Of a stretch of 64,000 nucleotides of DNA, positions 28,113 to 39,891 are shown one piece after another. A program made the position numbers and the translations under genes. This DNA comes from a bacterium. GTDB lineage: Bacteria; J088; JAWLBW01. Position 1 is the stretch's first letter, and each line of letters opens with the position of its first letter. The notes under the pieces are model-generated. The model was given only the letters and a program-made list of their open reading frames with translations, was not told the DNA's origin and ran no database searches. Location of the stretch: positions 248,001 through 312,000 of the forward strand of contig JAWLHK010000001.1 of the NCBI GenBank assembly GCA_041690355.1. Reading direction: 5' to 3'.

Positions 28113-29390
28113 ATGGCTCGCGCCAAGACCAAGGTTTCTCCGGCCCCCGACGTGACGGATCGGATTCCCACCGAGTTCCGCTACTTCGAAAACGTGACGT
28201 CGCCGAAGATCCAGCGGCGGCGCAAGGCGATGCAGCGGTTCCTGCGGGTCGATCCGCTGCTTCCCGACGACGTGGTGCGCACGTGGGCGCACACGTACTT
28301 CGACGCCGACCCCGTCGCCGAAGCGTTTGTCGAAGAAGTCTACATCCCGCGCGGACAGGCCGCGGGGCGCAAGCTGCTCGACCAGGCGCTCGAGAAGGGG
28401 GTCGACTCTATCGCCGACGCCCCCGCCTCGCTGCGCCGGCTCTTTGCGGAACTGGAGCAGCCGCCCGCGTGGCTCGACTGGAAGCTGGTGGAACTGGGCG
28501 CGCGCACCTTCCGCCGTTATGGTCCGCATCTGTACAGCTTCGCCGGCGCCATCACGCTCGAAGGGTACCTGGAGAATTCCGTCGCCAAGCCGCTCGCGTT
28601 CACGGGGGCGTACACGGGGGAATCGGCGAACCGCCGCTTTCTCGAAACGGCCGCCTTCTGGATCGACGTCTCGTCGCAGGACGGCCTGCGCCCGGGCGGC
28701 ATCGGCGTCAAGACCGCGCTGCGCGTGCGGCTCATGCATGTCTTCGTGCGCAAGCGTCTCCTCAACCATCCGCAGTGGAATCTGGATGCGTGGGGCGTGC
28801 CCATCAGCCAGGGCGACGCCATCCTCACGCTGATGGGCGGCAGCGTTGCGCCCGGGCTCGGCCTCAAGGCGTTGGGCTACCGGCCGAGCAGGCAGGAAAT
28901 CGAAGCCATGATGCACTTCTGGCGCTACGTCGGCCACATCATGGGCGTGCAGCCGCGCTGGTATCCCGAGACGATCGAAGACGGCCTGCGCCTGCTCTTC
29001 GCGAACTTCATCAAGGGGGCGCGTCAATCGGGGGACGACGGACGCAACCTCGCGCACTCCTACGTGCAGTCCTATGCCCCGACGCCGCAGGACGCGGGAT
29101 TCGCCGCGCTGCGCAAGCGGATTGATTACTATCTGGAGCTCGGGTACACGGCGCTGTTTCTCCCGCCGGGCACCTTCCGCCAATACGGATTGCCGAAGGC
29201 GGGACTGCTGCGCTTTCACGCCGCCGCGCAGTTCCCCGTCATCTTCGCAGCCGAGACCCTGCGCCGGCACAGCCGCACGGTCGATGACGCCCTGGACGCG
29301 GTCGCGCAGTGGCGCTCGAAGCGCTGGCTGGCGGCGCGGCTCGGCAAGCGGTCGGCCGAGTACAAGGCGGTCGAGGAGTTCACGCGGTAG
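28113..29390 (+). CDS. Oxygenase MpaB/DUF2236 (Lcp-like haem oxygenase family)
   Basis: RRFLET..F, RVRLMHVFVR, WG.PISQ.D, HFWRYVGHIMGV; RBS AGGAG. Confidence 0.85.
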   Translation: MARAKTKVSPAPDVTDRIPTEFRYFENVTSPKIQRRRKAMQRFLRVDPLLPDDVVRTWAHTYFDADPVAEAFVEEVYIPRGQAAGRKLLDQALEKGVDSIADAPASLRRLFAELEQPPAWLDWKLVELGARTFRRYGPHLYSFAGAITLEGYLENSVAKPLAFTGAYTGESANRRFLETAAFWIDVSSQDGLRPGGIGVKTALRVRLMHVFVRKRLLNHPQWNLDAWGVPISQGDAILTLMGGSVAPGLGLKALGYRPSRQEIEAMMHFWRYVGHIMGVQPRWYPETIEDGLRLLFANFIKGARQSGDDGRNLAHSYVQSYAPTPQDAGFAALRKRIDYYLELGYTALFLPPGTFRQYGLPKAGLLRFHAAAQFPVIFAAETLRRHSRTVDDALDAVAQWRSKRWLAARLGKRSAEYKAVEEFTR

Positions 29391-29401
29391 GCGGCGCGTA
29401 C

Positions 29402-29441
29402 AAAGCGCCAAGCGCCAAGCGCCAAGCACTGAGCGCTGAGC
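29402..29441. repeat. Heptamer array arm (GCGCCAA/GCGCTGA)n
   Basis: aaagcgccaagcgccaagcgccaagcactgagcgctgagc. Confidence 0.85.
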
Positions 29442-29471
29442 ATGAGGACGGGAAGGTTTCCCGGTTCTCCT

Positions 29472-29602
29472 ACCGTTCGTGTCGAGCCGACGGTCGCAGG
29501 CGGTAGCCGGAGACGACGGCGAGACAGTCTCATCGTTCTCAGGTGCGCTCCCTCGCTGTCGCGCTCCGCTCTGCTTCACGCGGTCAGCTCGGGACGAACG
29601 GT
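29472..29602. repeat. About 130-bp nested palindromic REP/MITE-like element, copy 1
   Basis: ACCGTTCGTGTCGAGCCGACGG..CGACGGCGAGACAG..CTCGCTGTCG..GTCAGCTCGGGACGAACGGT. Confidence 0.8.
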
Positions 29603-29636
29603 CGGGGGCGCTGGGCGCTGGGATGTTCTTGCCTAA

Positions 29637-29685
29637 AAATCGTCAATCGTAAATCGTCAATCGTAAATTCGCGTCACTCGTCACT
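29637..29685. repeat. Heptamer array arms (AATCGTM)n + (TCACTCG)n
   Basis: aaatcgtcaatcgtaaatcgtcaatcgtaaattcgcgtcactcgtcac; overlaps the P-II stop codon. Confidence 0.85.
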
Positions 29686-30009
29686 TGGAAGATAGGTGAG
29701 GGCCCGCAGCACGGGAACCATGTAGATGAATCCCTTGCCCGGAAGTTCGATCTCGCCCGCCTTGGCCATGGCGTCGAAGATTCCGTCGGCCGTCGCGTGG
29801 GGGGCGACGATGTAGATGACCTCTTTTTCGGGGCTGATGGCGATCTTGAGCAGCCCCAGCCGTTCCCGGATCCCCGTGCCGCGCGCGAACGAGATGGTCG
29901 CCGCCGGCGCTCCCGCGGCCATGGCCGCCTTCACGACCGCGTCGGCCTTGCCGCGTTCCACGATGCACGTGATCTGCACCAGATTCTCGAGGAGTTTCGT
30001 ATTTCCCAT
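29674..30009 (-). CDS. P-II-like regulatory protein (DUF1538-associated)
   Basis: ITCIVERGKAD.VVKAA..AGA..AT...ARGTG..PEKE..PGKGFIY.VPV; 111 aa. Confidence 0.85.
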   Translation of the reverse strand: MGNTKLLENLVQITCIVERGKADAVVKAAMAAGAPAATISFARGTGIRERLGLLKIAISPEKEVIYIVAPHATADGIFDAMAKAGEIELPGKGFIYMVPVLRALTYLPSDE

Positions 30010-30035
30010 GAGCGCGGTCTCCGGAACGGGTAGGG

Positions 30036-31670
30036 TTATCGGCGCCGGCCGACGATGAGGCCGACGGTGAGCACGGAAAGGATGGGGCCGACGCTGGCGG
30101 CGGCGAGCATGCCGAAACCTTCCACCACGCCCGGCACGTTGCCGCCGAGGCTGAGCCCGACCGCGATGACGAGGGGAACGGTGATGGGCCCGGTCGTCAC
30201 GCCCGCGCCGTCCCAGGCCACGTTCACGAACTCCTCCGTGGAAAAGAGCGTGAGCGGAATCAGGATCAGGTACGCCGGCGCCAGCAGATACAACAGCGGA
30301 AGGTTGAACACGAGCTTGATCACGCCCGCCGCCAGGCCGAGGCCGACCCCCGCGGCCACGGAGTGCATGAGCAGCGGCTTCGGAAAGGCGCCCACCGTGA
30401 TCTCCTCCACCTGAACCGCCATCGTGTTCAGCGCCGGCTCGGCCAGCGTCGCGCCGTAGCCGAGAAAGAAGGCGAACAACACGGTCACCGCAACGCCGCC
30501 GGCATAGCCGAAGAGGGGACCGAACGGCTGGGGCGGTTGGCCGGCGGCGATCTCCGAAAACGTCCCGGGGACCAGGGATCCCACCTGGAGCCCGAGCGGC
30601 GACAGCCCCTGCAGCAGGCCGAGCGAGAAGAGGATCATGCCGGCGAGCGTGAACGCGATCCCCAGGGCGATCTCGTCGGCGTGGGCCAGGCGTTCGCGCA
30701 ACAGAACGAGCTGAACGACGAAGAGGAATGCGCAGAGCGGCAGGATCGCCTGGGCCGAACCGACCACGGCCTGCACCAGCGGCGAGGCGAGCAGCTGCGC
30801 GAACAGACTCGTTCCGCCCGCCGGTTCCGCCAGTTGCGCAAGCGCCGGTTCGTAGCCGGTGTGATGCAGGTAGAGTCCGAGCCCGAGCACGGTCACGATG
30901 GGGAGCAGCGAAGCCAGCGTCACGATGCCGAAGCCCGACATGCCGGTGTTCGACTGCCCGAGCGCCAGACAGACACCCGCGCCCAATGCGAGCACGAGGG
31001 GAACGGTGACCGGACCGGTCGTGACCCCGCCCGAATCCCACGCGAGGCCGACAATGGCGGCCGTATCCGGATGCTGCATGGCCCAGGCCGAGAGTCCCAG
31101 CGCGATCAGAACCAGCGGAATGACAAACGGTTTGAGCGAAAAACCGCGCAGGAAGCGCAGGATGCCGAGCACGGCCGCCACCCCGACCCCGAGCCCCACG
31201 GCGCCCACGAGCGCGCCGGAGTAGCGGGTGAGCATCGCCGCCAGCAGCGGCGCCTCTCCCGGGCGCACGTTCGCGCCGGCGGATTTGAGGACGCCGATGG
31301 CCGGCTCGGCCAGGGTGGCGCCGATGCCGAGAAGAAAGGCGAAGCCGAGAATTCCCCCGGCCGAGGCCTTGACGGGAAGGCGGTGGCCGATGGTTTCGCC
31401 CAGCGGCATGAGCCCGAGGCGCAGCCCTTCCATGAAAAACATGAGCCCGACGATGACGAGCGAGAGCGCCGCCCCGATGGCCCCGGCACGCGCGACGGGC
31501 ACCCCGAGCACCGCCCATTGGAAGAGGAAGAGGTAGACGACGATCGGCAGGACGCTCGGCACCTGTTCGCGCAGTTTGCGGCCGAAGTAATCGGCCAGGA
31601 TGCGCACGGCATGTATCCGGCGGACGCGGATTCGTTCCGGTGTTGCGGGGGGACTCGCGGGAAACGACAT
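30036..31670 (-). CDS. DUF1538 family membrane protein (two fused domains)
   Basis: Duplicated ATLAEPA and AWD.(G/A)GVTTGP.TVPLV motifs. Confidence 0.85.
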   Translation of the reverse strand: MSFPASPPATPERIRVRRIHAVRILADYFGRKLREQVPSVLPIVVYLFLFQWAVLGVPVARAGAIGAALSLVIVGLMFFMEGLRLGLMPLGETIGHRLPVKASAGGILGFAFLLGIGATLAEPAIGVLKSAGANVRPGEAPLLAAMLTRYSGALVGAVGLGVGVAAVLGILRFLRGFSLKPFVIPLVLIALGLSAWAMQHPDTAAIVGLAWDSGGVTTGPVTVPLVLALGAGVCLALGQSNTGMSGFGIVTLASLLPIVTVLGLGLYLHHTGYEPALAQLAEPAGGTSLFAQLLASPLVQAVVGSAQAILPLCAFLFVVQLVLLRERLAHADEIALGIAFTLAGMILFSLGLLQGLSPLGLQVGSLVPGTFSEIAAGQPPQPFGPLFGYAGGVAVTVLFAFFLGYGATLAEPALNTMAVQVEEITVGAFPKPLLMHSVAAGVGLGLAAGVIKLVFNLPLLYLLAPAYLILIPLTLFSTEEFVNVAWDGAGVTTGPITVPLVIAVGLSLGGNVPGVVEGFGMLAAASVGPILSVLTVGLIVGRRR

Positions 31671-31854
31671 GAAAAACGTGCGGAAAAACTTTGGCTGACG
31701 CGAGCGCGGCGAGCGGTCGCACCCCGGGTCCCCATATCGTGTCCGAGCGGGCAGGAAAGGTCAAGCAGCAAGGGCCCGGCTTGAAAGAAGGCTTTCGCTC
31801 TGACGGCGCAGAGCCCGTCACCCCCCTTCGGCGCCTGCAGTACAATTTCCGTCA

Positions 31855-34602
31855 ATGGAACCGCGACTCGACACACACTGGTATCGACTCTCCTCCGAAG
31901 AATCGCTCCGCAGGCAGAACGTCGACGAGGCCCGGGGACTTTCCGATGACGAAGCCCGGAAGCGTCTCGAAACGTTCGGGCCCAATGAGCTGACCGAGAA
32001 GCAGACCCGCCCGGCGTGGAAGATCTTCGCCGCCCAGTTTGCATCGACGATCATCGTCGTACTTATCGTCGCGGCCGGTGTTTCTGCATTCATGGGCAGT
32101 TACAAGGATGCGATCGCCATTCTGGCCATCGTGTTTCTGAACGCCATTCTCGGCCTCGTTCAGGAATACCGTGCCGAGCAGGCGATGGCCGCCCTGCGCA
32201 GGATGTCGACCCCGACGGTACGGGTGCGCCGCGAAGGCGGCATCCGGGAAATCGACGCAGTGCAGATCGTGCCGGGGGACCTCCTGGTTCTGGAGACCGG
32301 GAACCTCGTGCCCGCCGACGGCCGCGTTCTCGAGGAGGCCAATCTGCGCGTGCAGGAAGCGGCGCTGACCGGCGAGTCCGAAGCGGTCGAGAAAGACGCC
32401 GACCCCTTGACCGGCGAAGACATTTCCCTCGGCGATCGGAACAACATGGTCTTTCGCGGAACCTACGTGACCTACGGCCGCGGCTCCGTGCTGGTGACGG
32501 CGACGGGCATGCAGACCGAACTCGGCCACATCGCGACCCTGCTGCAGAGCGTCGAGCGCGAGGCGACTCCCCTGCAGCGGCGGCTCGCGTCGCTCGGACA
32601 CGGTCTCGTGCTTCTCGCCCTGGTGGTCGCCGCGGTCATTTTCGCCCTCGGCTATCTGCGCGGCGAGTCGATGCAGGTGCTGTTCATGACGGCCGTGAGT
32701 ATCGCGGTCGCCGCCATTCCCGAAGGTCTGCCCGCCGTCGTGACCATCGCCCTCGCCCTCGGCGCGCAACGGATGCTGCGGCGCCGCGCCCTGATTCGCA
32801 AGCTTCCGGCCGTCGAGACCCTCGGCTCCGTCACGGTCATCTGTTCCGACAAGACCGGTACGCTGACCGAAAACCGGATGACCGTCACCATGCTCGACAC
32901 GGCCAACCACCGCGTCGACCTTTCAGAACATCTGCGGCGGACGACCGGCGTCATCGACACCGACGCACCTGAACTTGCACCGGTATCCACGGCCCCATCG
33001 ATGAAGCTGCTGCTCGCCGGCGGCGCCCTCTGCAACGATGCGGAACTGCAGAAGCGCAAGACCGAGCAGGATCACTATCACGCCGTCGGAGAACCGACCG
33101 AGGCAGCCCTCGTCGTCGCCGCGGCCCGCTTCGGATTCAATCGCGGCGAACTCGCCGGGCATCTGCCGCGCCTCGATGAAAAACCGTTCGACTCGGAGCG
33201 GAAACGGATGTCGACGCTGCACCGGATCGCCGGCGACGGCGAGGTGAGCGGGATCCTCGGGGCCGCAAATGGCGGCACGCGACCCGGGGCGGCCGTCTTC
33301 ACGAAGGGCGCCGTCGACAGCCTGCTCACCGTCTGCGATCGCGTGCTCGCGGCCGAAGGCGTCGAGCCGTTGAACGATCACTGGTGCCGGCGGATACTCT
33401 CGGCCCACGACGAACTCGCCTCCCAGGGCGTGCGCGTGCTCGGGTTTGCCTGGCGCCCGGTCGACGACCCCGCCGCCCCGGGCGAACTGGAAGAGAAACT
33501 CATCTTCGTCGGCTTTTTCGGCATCATCGATCCGCCGCGGCCCGAGGTGCGCGACGCGATTCTCACCTGCCGCTCGGCGGGGATCCGTCCGATCATGATC
33601 ACCGGCGACCACCCGGCCACGGCGCGGTCCATCGCCGAAGATCTGCACATCGCGGATAATCCCGGCACGGTCGAGGGGAGACAGCTCGACAGGATGAGCC
33701 CCGAGGAACTGTACGAGCGGGTCGAGACCACGTCGGTGTTCGCGCGGGTTTCTCCCGAGCACAAGCTGCGGATCGTAGAGGCGCTTCAGAAGCGGAGCCA
33801 TGTCGTCGCCATGACCGGTGACGGCGTGAACGACGCCCCCGCGCTCCGGCGCGCGGATATCGGCGTCGCCATGGGGATCACGGGAACGGACGTCTCGCGT
33901 GAAGCGGCCCACATGGTTCTCCTGGACGACAACTTCACGACCATCGTGTCGGCCGTCGAAGAGGGGCGGACGATTTACGACAACATCCGCAAGTTCGTGA
34001 AGTACTCCGTCGGGGGGAACCTCGGCAAGATCCTGGTCGTGCTCCTGGCCCCGCTCCTGCTCATGCCGATGCCGCTCACGCCCCTGCAGATCCTGTGGCT
34101 GAATCTATTGACCGACGGGCTGCTCGGCCTTGGCCTGAGCGTTGAACCGCCGGAGCCGGGGGTCATGCAACGCCGGCCGATCCCCCGCTCACAGCCGTTC
34201 TTTTCCCGCGGCATGCTCGGGCAGATCGTTCTCGTCGGCGTTCTGGTCGGCGGAGTGTCGCTCGGCCTCGGGTACTGGACCTGGGCGACGGGCGAGGGCG
34301 AGTGGCAGACGCTGGTCTTCACGACGATCGCCACGGCTCAGATATGGCAGGCGCTCGCGGTGCGAACCAATGTGCAGAGCCTCTTCCACGTCGGGCTCTT
34401 CAGCAACCGGGCCATGCTCGGCGCGGTCGCAGCGGTCGTGCTGTTGCAGCTGGCCGTCGTGTACCTGCCCGTCCTGCAGGGCGTCTTCGGGACGAGGCCG
34501 CTCGCGCCGGAGCAGCTGTTGCTTTCCATCGCGGCGGGAAGCCTGGTCTTCTGGGTCCTCGAGTTCCGCAAAGCCCTCGTCAGGCGCGCGATTGATTCCT
34601 AA
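31855..34602 (+). CDS. Cation-translocating P-type ATPase (type IIA, Ca2+-like)
   Basis: [44 protein letters not shown]. Confidence 0.95.
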   Translation: MEPRLDTHWYRLSSEESLRRQNVDEARGLSDDEARKRLETFGPNELTEKQTRPAWKIFAAQFASTIIVVLIVAAGVSAFMGSYKDAIAILAIVFLNAILGLVQEYRAEQAMAALRRMSTPTVRVRREGGIREIDAVQIVPGDLLVLETGNLVPADGRVLEEANLRVQEAALTGESEAVEKDADPLTGEDISLGDRNNMVFRGTYVTYGRGSVLVTATGMQTELGHIATLLQSVEREATPLQRRLASLGHGLVLLALVVAAVIFALGYLRGESMQVLFMTAVSIAVAAIPEGLPAVVTIALALGAQRMLRRRALIRKLPAVETLGSVTVICSDKTGTLTENRMTVTMLDTANHRVDLSEHLRRTTGVIDTDAPELAPVSTAPSMKLLLAGGALCNDAELQKRKTEQDHYHAVGEPTEAALVVAAARFGFNRGELAGHLPRLDEKPFDSERKRMSTLHRIAGDGEVSGILGAANGGTRPGAAVFTKGAVDSLLTVCDRVLAAEGVEPLNDHWCRRILSAHDELASQGVRVLGFAWRPVDDPAAPGELEEKLIFVGFFGIIDPPRPEVRDAILTCRSAGIRPIMITGDHPATARSIAEDLHIADNPGTVEGRQLDRMSPEELYERVETTSVFARVSPEHKLRIVEALQKRSHVVAMTGDGVNDAPALRRADIGVAMGITGTDVSREAAHMVLLDDNFTTIVSAVEEGRTIYDNIRKFVKYSVGGNLGKILVVLLAPLLLMPMPLTPLQILWLNLLTDGLLGLGLSVEPPEPGVMQRRPIPRSQPFFSRGMLGQIVLVGVLVGGVSLGLGYWTWATGEGEWQTLVFTTIATAQIWQALAVRTNVQSLFHVGLFSNRAMLGAVAAVVLLQLAVVYLPVLQGVFGTRPLAPEQLLLSIAAGSLVFWVLEFRKALVRRAIDS

Positions 34603-34718
34603 TTCCTGATTCGCGTCTGATTCCTGATTCCTGATTCTTAATTCCTAAGAAGCAAGGACAAAGGAACCCACGTCCTTTCGGGTCAATCGTCAATCGTAAA
34701 TCGTAAATTGTCAATCGA
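34594..34718. repeat. Composite heptamer element (ATTCCTR)n - CAAGGAC..GTCCTT - (TMAATCG)n
   Basis: Between convergent ATPase and GMC oxidase genes; overlaps the ATPase stop codon. Confidence 0.85.
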
Positions 34719-34720
34719 GT

Positions 34721-36436
34721 TCATCCGCGGTCGCCGATGACGTCGCCGCCCGTGCGCTCGATTTCTTCCATCGGCACGTCGAGGCCCTTGTCGAGGACCG
34801 GCGGCTGCGCGAGCGCCTCGTAGCCGATCGGCGGGCGCGGCTCGACCCCCGCTTTGGCGGGAACGTGAGCCATGGCGAACTCGCTGAGCGCCGTGATGCT
34901 CAGGCTCGGGTTGACCCCCAGGTTCGCCGGGAGCATCGACCCGTCGCAGACGTAGAGGTTCTCGTAGTTGAAAACTTTGCAGTGCTGATCGACGACACCG
35001 CTCTCGGCGTCGCGGCCGATGCAGGCGCCGCCCATGATGTGGGCCGTCGTCGGCACGTCGAAGAGCACTTCGTTGAAGGAGCTGAGCGGAATTCCGTTCA
35101 CGCGCTTCGCCAGGCGGCGCACGAAGTCGTTGGCGATGGGGATGTAGCTCGGCGGCTTCTTCTGGCCGGGGGCGTAGTGGCTGTCGAGCGTCTTGGAGAA
35201 GGGCCACCACCAGCGCCGCCGCAGGCCGAGGCTCATGTAGTTGTCGAGCGTCTGCATGACGAGAATGATGATCGTGCGCTTCGCGAAGTTCACCGGCGAA
35301 AGGGTGCGCAGAAAGTGCAGCGGGTGGCGGAAAATGTTCCCCACGAAACGCAGCTGGCGGGGGACGGCGCCGCCGCCATCGGTGAGAATCGTCGAGAGGG
35401 GCGCGATGGCGTCGCTCCCCTGGGAATAGCGGACGATCTCGATGTGCGTATCCTCGTCGGGATGGACGCCGGAGGTAATCGCGATCCCCTTGCTGACGTC
35501 GACCGTGGCGTCTTTCTGGCGCACGCCTAGGATCGCCTCGCTGTTCGTACGCACGTAGTCGCCGAGGCGGGGCGAGAGGCGTGGAAGCGTCCCCTTCTCC
35601 TTGCAACGCAGCAGCAGCTCGTTGGTCCCCAGGGCGCCGCCCGCGACGACGACGCCGCGCGCGCGGTATGTCTTTTTCCCCTTGAAGAAGCGGGCCGTGG
35701 AGTGCACGGTCTCCACCTCATAGCCGCCCCCCTCGAGCTCGCGGATGAGCGTAGCCTTCGTTTCGGGGATCACGGTCGCGCCGCGTTTCTCGGCGAGGTA
35801 AAGATAATTCTTGTCGAGCGTGTTCTTCGCGCCGACACGACAGCCGACCATGCATCCGCCGCAGTAATTGCAGCCGATGCGATCCGGACCTTCGCCGCCG
35901 AAGTACGGGTCGGGGACCGTCTTGCCGGGGGTGCCGAAGTGGACGCCGACCGTGGGGCGGTGGTAGGTATCGGCCTTGCCGTACTCCGCGGCCACGTCCT
36001 TCAGCAGGCGGTCCATCGGGGTCGTGATCGGGCTCTTCGTCACGCCGAGCATGCGCTGCGCGAGCTGATAGTACGGCAGCAGCTCATGATAGACGTCGGC
36101 GCCCTCGGCTCGTCCGAACGGAGCGGGCTTGAAGACCTTTTCGGGCGGAACGAGCAACGTGTTCGCGTAGACCAGCGACCCGCCGCCCACCCCGACGCCG
36201 CTCAGGATGAGCCCGTCGCGCAACATCGTCATGCGCATGATCCCGTGCATCCCCAGGGCGGGAGCCCAGAAGAACTTGCGCAGGTTCCAGTTGGTCTTGG
36301 GGAAGTCGGTGGGTCCGAAGCGCTTGCCCGCCTCGAGCACGGCGACCTTGTACCCCTTTTCGCTCAGGCGCAGGGCAGAGACCGAGCCGCCGAAGCCGGA
36401 TCCGATGACGATATAGTCGTAGTCGAAGGTCTGCAT
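34721..36436 (-). CDS. GMC family oxidoreductase, cholesterol oxidase (ChoD)-like
   Basis: VIGSGFGGSVSALRL.EKGY, GVGGGSLVYANTL, CGGCMVGCR.GAKNTL.KNYL, TAHIMGG, NLGVNPSL; start 36436. Confidence 0.9.
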   Translation of the reverse strand: MQTFDYDYIVIGSGFGGSVSALRLSEKGYKVAVLEAGKRFGPTDFPKTNWNLRKFFWAPALGMHGIMRMTMLRDGLILSGVGVGGGSLVYANTLLVPPEKVFKPAPFGRAEGADVYHELLPYYQLAQRMLGVTKSPITTPMDRLLKDVAAEYGKADTYHRPTVGVHFGTPGKTVPDPYFGGEGPDRIGCNYCGGCMVGCRVGAKNTLDKNYLYLAEKRGATVIPETKATLIRELEGGGYEVETVHSTARFFKGKKTYRARGVVVAGGALGTNELLLRCKEKGTLPRLSPRLGDYVRTNSEAILGVRQKDATVDVSKGIAITSGVHPDEDTHIEIVRYSQGSDAIAPLSTILTDGGGAVPRQLRFVGNIFRHPLHFLRTLSPVNFAKRTIIILVMQTLDNYMSLGLRRRWWWPFSKTLDSHYAPGQKKPPSYIPIANDFVRRLAKRVNGIPLSSFNEVLFDVPTTAHIMGGACIGRDAESGVVDQHCKVFNYENLYVCDGSMLPANLGVNPSLSITALSEFAMAHVPAKAGVEPRPPIGYEALAQPPVLDKGLDVPMEEIERTGGDVIGDRG

Positions 36437-36489
36437 ATAGTTTTCAACGATAACACTTTTGGGCGGCAGCCGGTACCTTGAGCCATTCA

Positions 36490-36614
36490 AGTGACGAGTG
36501 ACGAGTGACGAATCAGGGCAATTTACGATTGACGATTTACAATTGACGATTTGTCGGCAAGAACAGGACCTAGTCCTTGTTTCCTTGGCGCTCAGCGCTT
36601 GGCGCTTGGCGCTC
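36490..36614. repeat. Composite heptamer element (GTGACGA)n(TTKACGA)n - CAAG..GTCCTTG - (GCGCTTG)n
   Basis: Read directly from the sequence between the lyase stop and the oxidase start. Confidence 0.85.
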
Positions 36615-36623
36615 GAAATCCGC

Positions 36624-38011
<1,388 letters not shown>

Positions 38012-38015
<4 letters not shown>

Positions 38016-38827
38016 GGCGTCACCTCCGTCTCGCGCTCGCCGGAATGCCTCAGGAGGTGCGTGCGCAGAAAGCGCACGACGTCGGTCTCGACGCGCTCGC
38101 GTTCGCGGTCGACGGTAATGACGTGGTAGCTGTCGGTCAGGATGATCTTCTCGACCACGCGGCTGCGCACCCCGCGGTCGATGATGTCGGCGCTGGCGAC
38201 GAGGGCCGTCGTGTCGTAGCGCGAGTGGGCGATGAGCAGCGGCGCCGAAATCCCGGAGAGCTTGCGGCGCGTCTCATGGACCAGGTTCCGCAATTCGTTC
38301 AACGCCGACAGCGGCGCCCAGCGCAGGGAGGGATGGCGGGACCGGGCCGCCGCGTCCTTGATGTTCCCAGGCGACTCCTTGGTCCAGCGCAGTCGTGCGC
38401 CGAGCGGACTCGCGCCGAGCACGGGGAGGAGGATCTGTGTCTTCCACCCGTAGAGAAACATGGGCGCGGCCAGGGTGACCACGGCGTCGGGGGGCGGGGC
38501 GCCGGTCGCCGCCAGATCGAGCGAGAGTACGCCCCCCATCGACATCCCGACGAGGGCGACGCGTTCATGGCACGCCCGGAGTTCGGCGTAGGCTTCGCGA
38601 ACGGCGCGCCGCCAGTCGTCGCGCGTGACGGCGGCCAGCGCCTCGGAGCGCTCGTGCCCGGGAAGCCGGATGCCGCGCGCGCGGATGCCGGCGGAGAACA
38701 GCGCTTCGCCGATCCCGCGCATCTCGTAGGGGGTTCCCGTAAAGCCGTGCACGCACAGGGCCGCGGCCGGAGCCGCGCCGGGATCGAGGTCGAACGGTTC
38801 GGCGTCTACGATCACAGGCGGATTCAT
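38012..38827 (-). CDS. Alpha/beta hydrolase (carboxylesterase/monoacylglycerol lipase-like)
   Basis: HGFTGTP, GMSMGG nucleophile elbow, D, SYHVIT. Confidence 0.9.
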
Positions 38828-39891
38828 TCGCGCCCCTCCTCTTCGTCCCCCGCGCCGGCGGCGGGGGTTCCCATGAGTTCCCCCAGGACGACCGTCGCGA
38901 AGCTCCCTTTCGGCAGGAAGAAGGACGCCACGACGCCGTCGGCATCCGCGGCGAGCGTCAGGTCTTCGGGGAGGAGCAGGAGCGCCCTGCGCGACCCCGT
39001 GGTCGCCGTCCGCGAGCGCGCCCAGTCAGCTTCCGCGATCCCCGACGCGGCCAACACTTCCGCTTCGAGCGCCGCCGGTTCTCCCGAGGGCCGCTTCATC
39101 TCGGGCCCGAAGAGGGGACCGGTCGGTATGACTTCGCGCCGATCGTAGCGCTCCTGATCGGCGGCCGCATCCGTACATTCGAAGAGGCCGCCCGACTCCC
39201 GCTTCTTGAGGATATCGCCGGCGAGCACGCGAAACAGCAGATCGCGGGCCATGCGCTCGGCGGCGACCCGGTTGAACAGCTCGCTCTGCAGGGCCGAGAG
39301 AAGAAACTGGGCTTCGCGCCGGGGAAGCCGCCGCTCGCCGCGCAGAACGCGCAGCCCTTCGACGGCATTGTCCCCTTCGCGGCCGAAGCGCTGGCCGCCG
39401 AAGTAATTGGGAACGCCGCGCTCCTGCAGGCGGGCCGTCCAGGCCGCGAGCAGCTCCGGTTCCGCCGTGGCGCCGCGCAGACGGATGCGGAACCGGTTGC
39501 CGCGCAGGTGACCCGTTTTCAATTTGTTGCCGTGGGGAACGGCTTCGAGCACGCGCATCCCCTCGGGCGCGGAAGCGGCCATGGCCGGCTCCCAGCGGCG
39601 CCGTTCCACCGAGATCCACTGGGTCGTGACCGCCTGCCGATCCTTGCGGCCGGCCACGCCGATCTCGGCGAAGCCGAGCCTGCGCAGCCAGCGGACGACA
39701 TCCTCTGTGTTTCGGCCGCGCTTCTCCACGTGCAGGTACAGGTGCTGCCCGTCTCCCGAGGGGAGGTAGAGCGGCACCTCCTCGACGCGGAAGTCTTCGG
39801 GCTCGGTGCGCAGGCGTCCGCCGAGCGGCGTCAGGTCGACGTGCAGCCGGGGGGGTTCAGCGAAGGAACTGATCGAGAAGTCGCTGGGCAT
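38824..39891 (-). CDS. truD: tRNA pseudouridine(13) synthase
   Basis: PEDFRVEE, AGRKDRQAVT.Q, GHLRGNRFRI, NYFGGQRFG, F.LPKGSFAT. Confidence 0.95.
   Translation of the reverse strand: MPSDFSISSFAEPPRLHVDLTPLGGRLRTEPEDFRVEEVPLYLPSGDGQHLYLHVEKRGRNTEDVVRWLRRLGFAEIGVAGRKDRQAVTTQWISVERRRWEPAMAASAPEGMRVLEAVPHGNKLKTGHLRGNRFRIRLRGATAEPELLAAWTARLQERGVPNYFGGQRFGREGDNAVEGLRVLRGERRLPRREAQFLLSALQSELFNRVAAERMARDLLFRVLAGDILKKRESGGLFECTDAAADQERYDRREVIPTGPLFGPEMKRPSGEPAALEAEVLAASGIAEADWARSRTATTGSRRALLLLPEDLTLAADADGVVASFFLPKGSFATVVLGELMGTPAAGAGDEEEGRE

Noticed and set aside
29674-31845. 723-aa P-II fusion
   Set aside because: Only the last 111 aa are P-II-like; the rest is an alternative frame over DUF1538.
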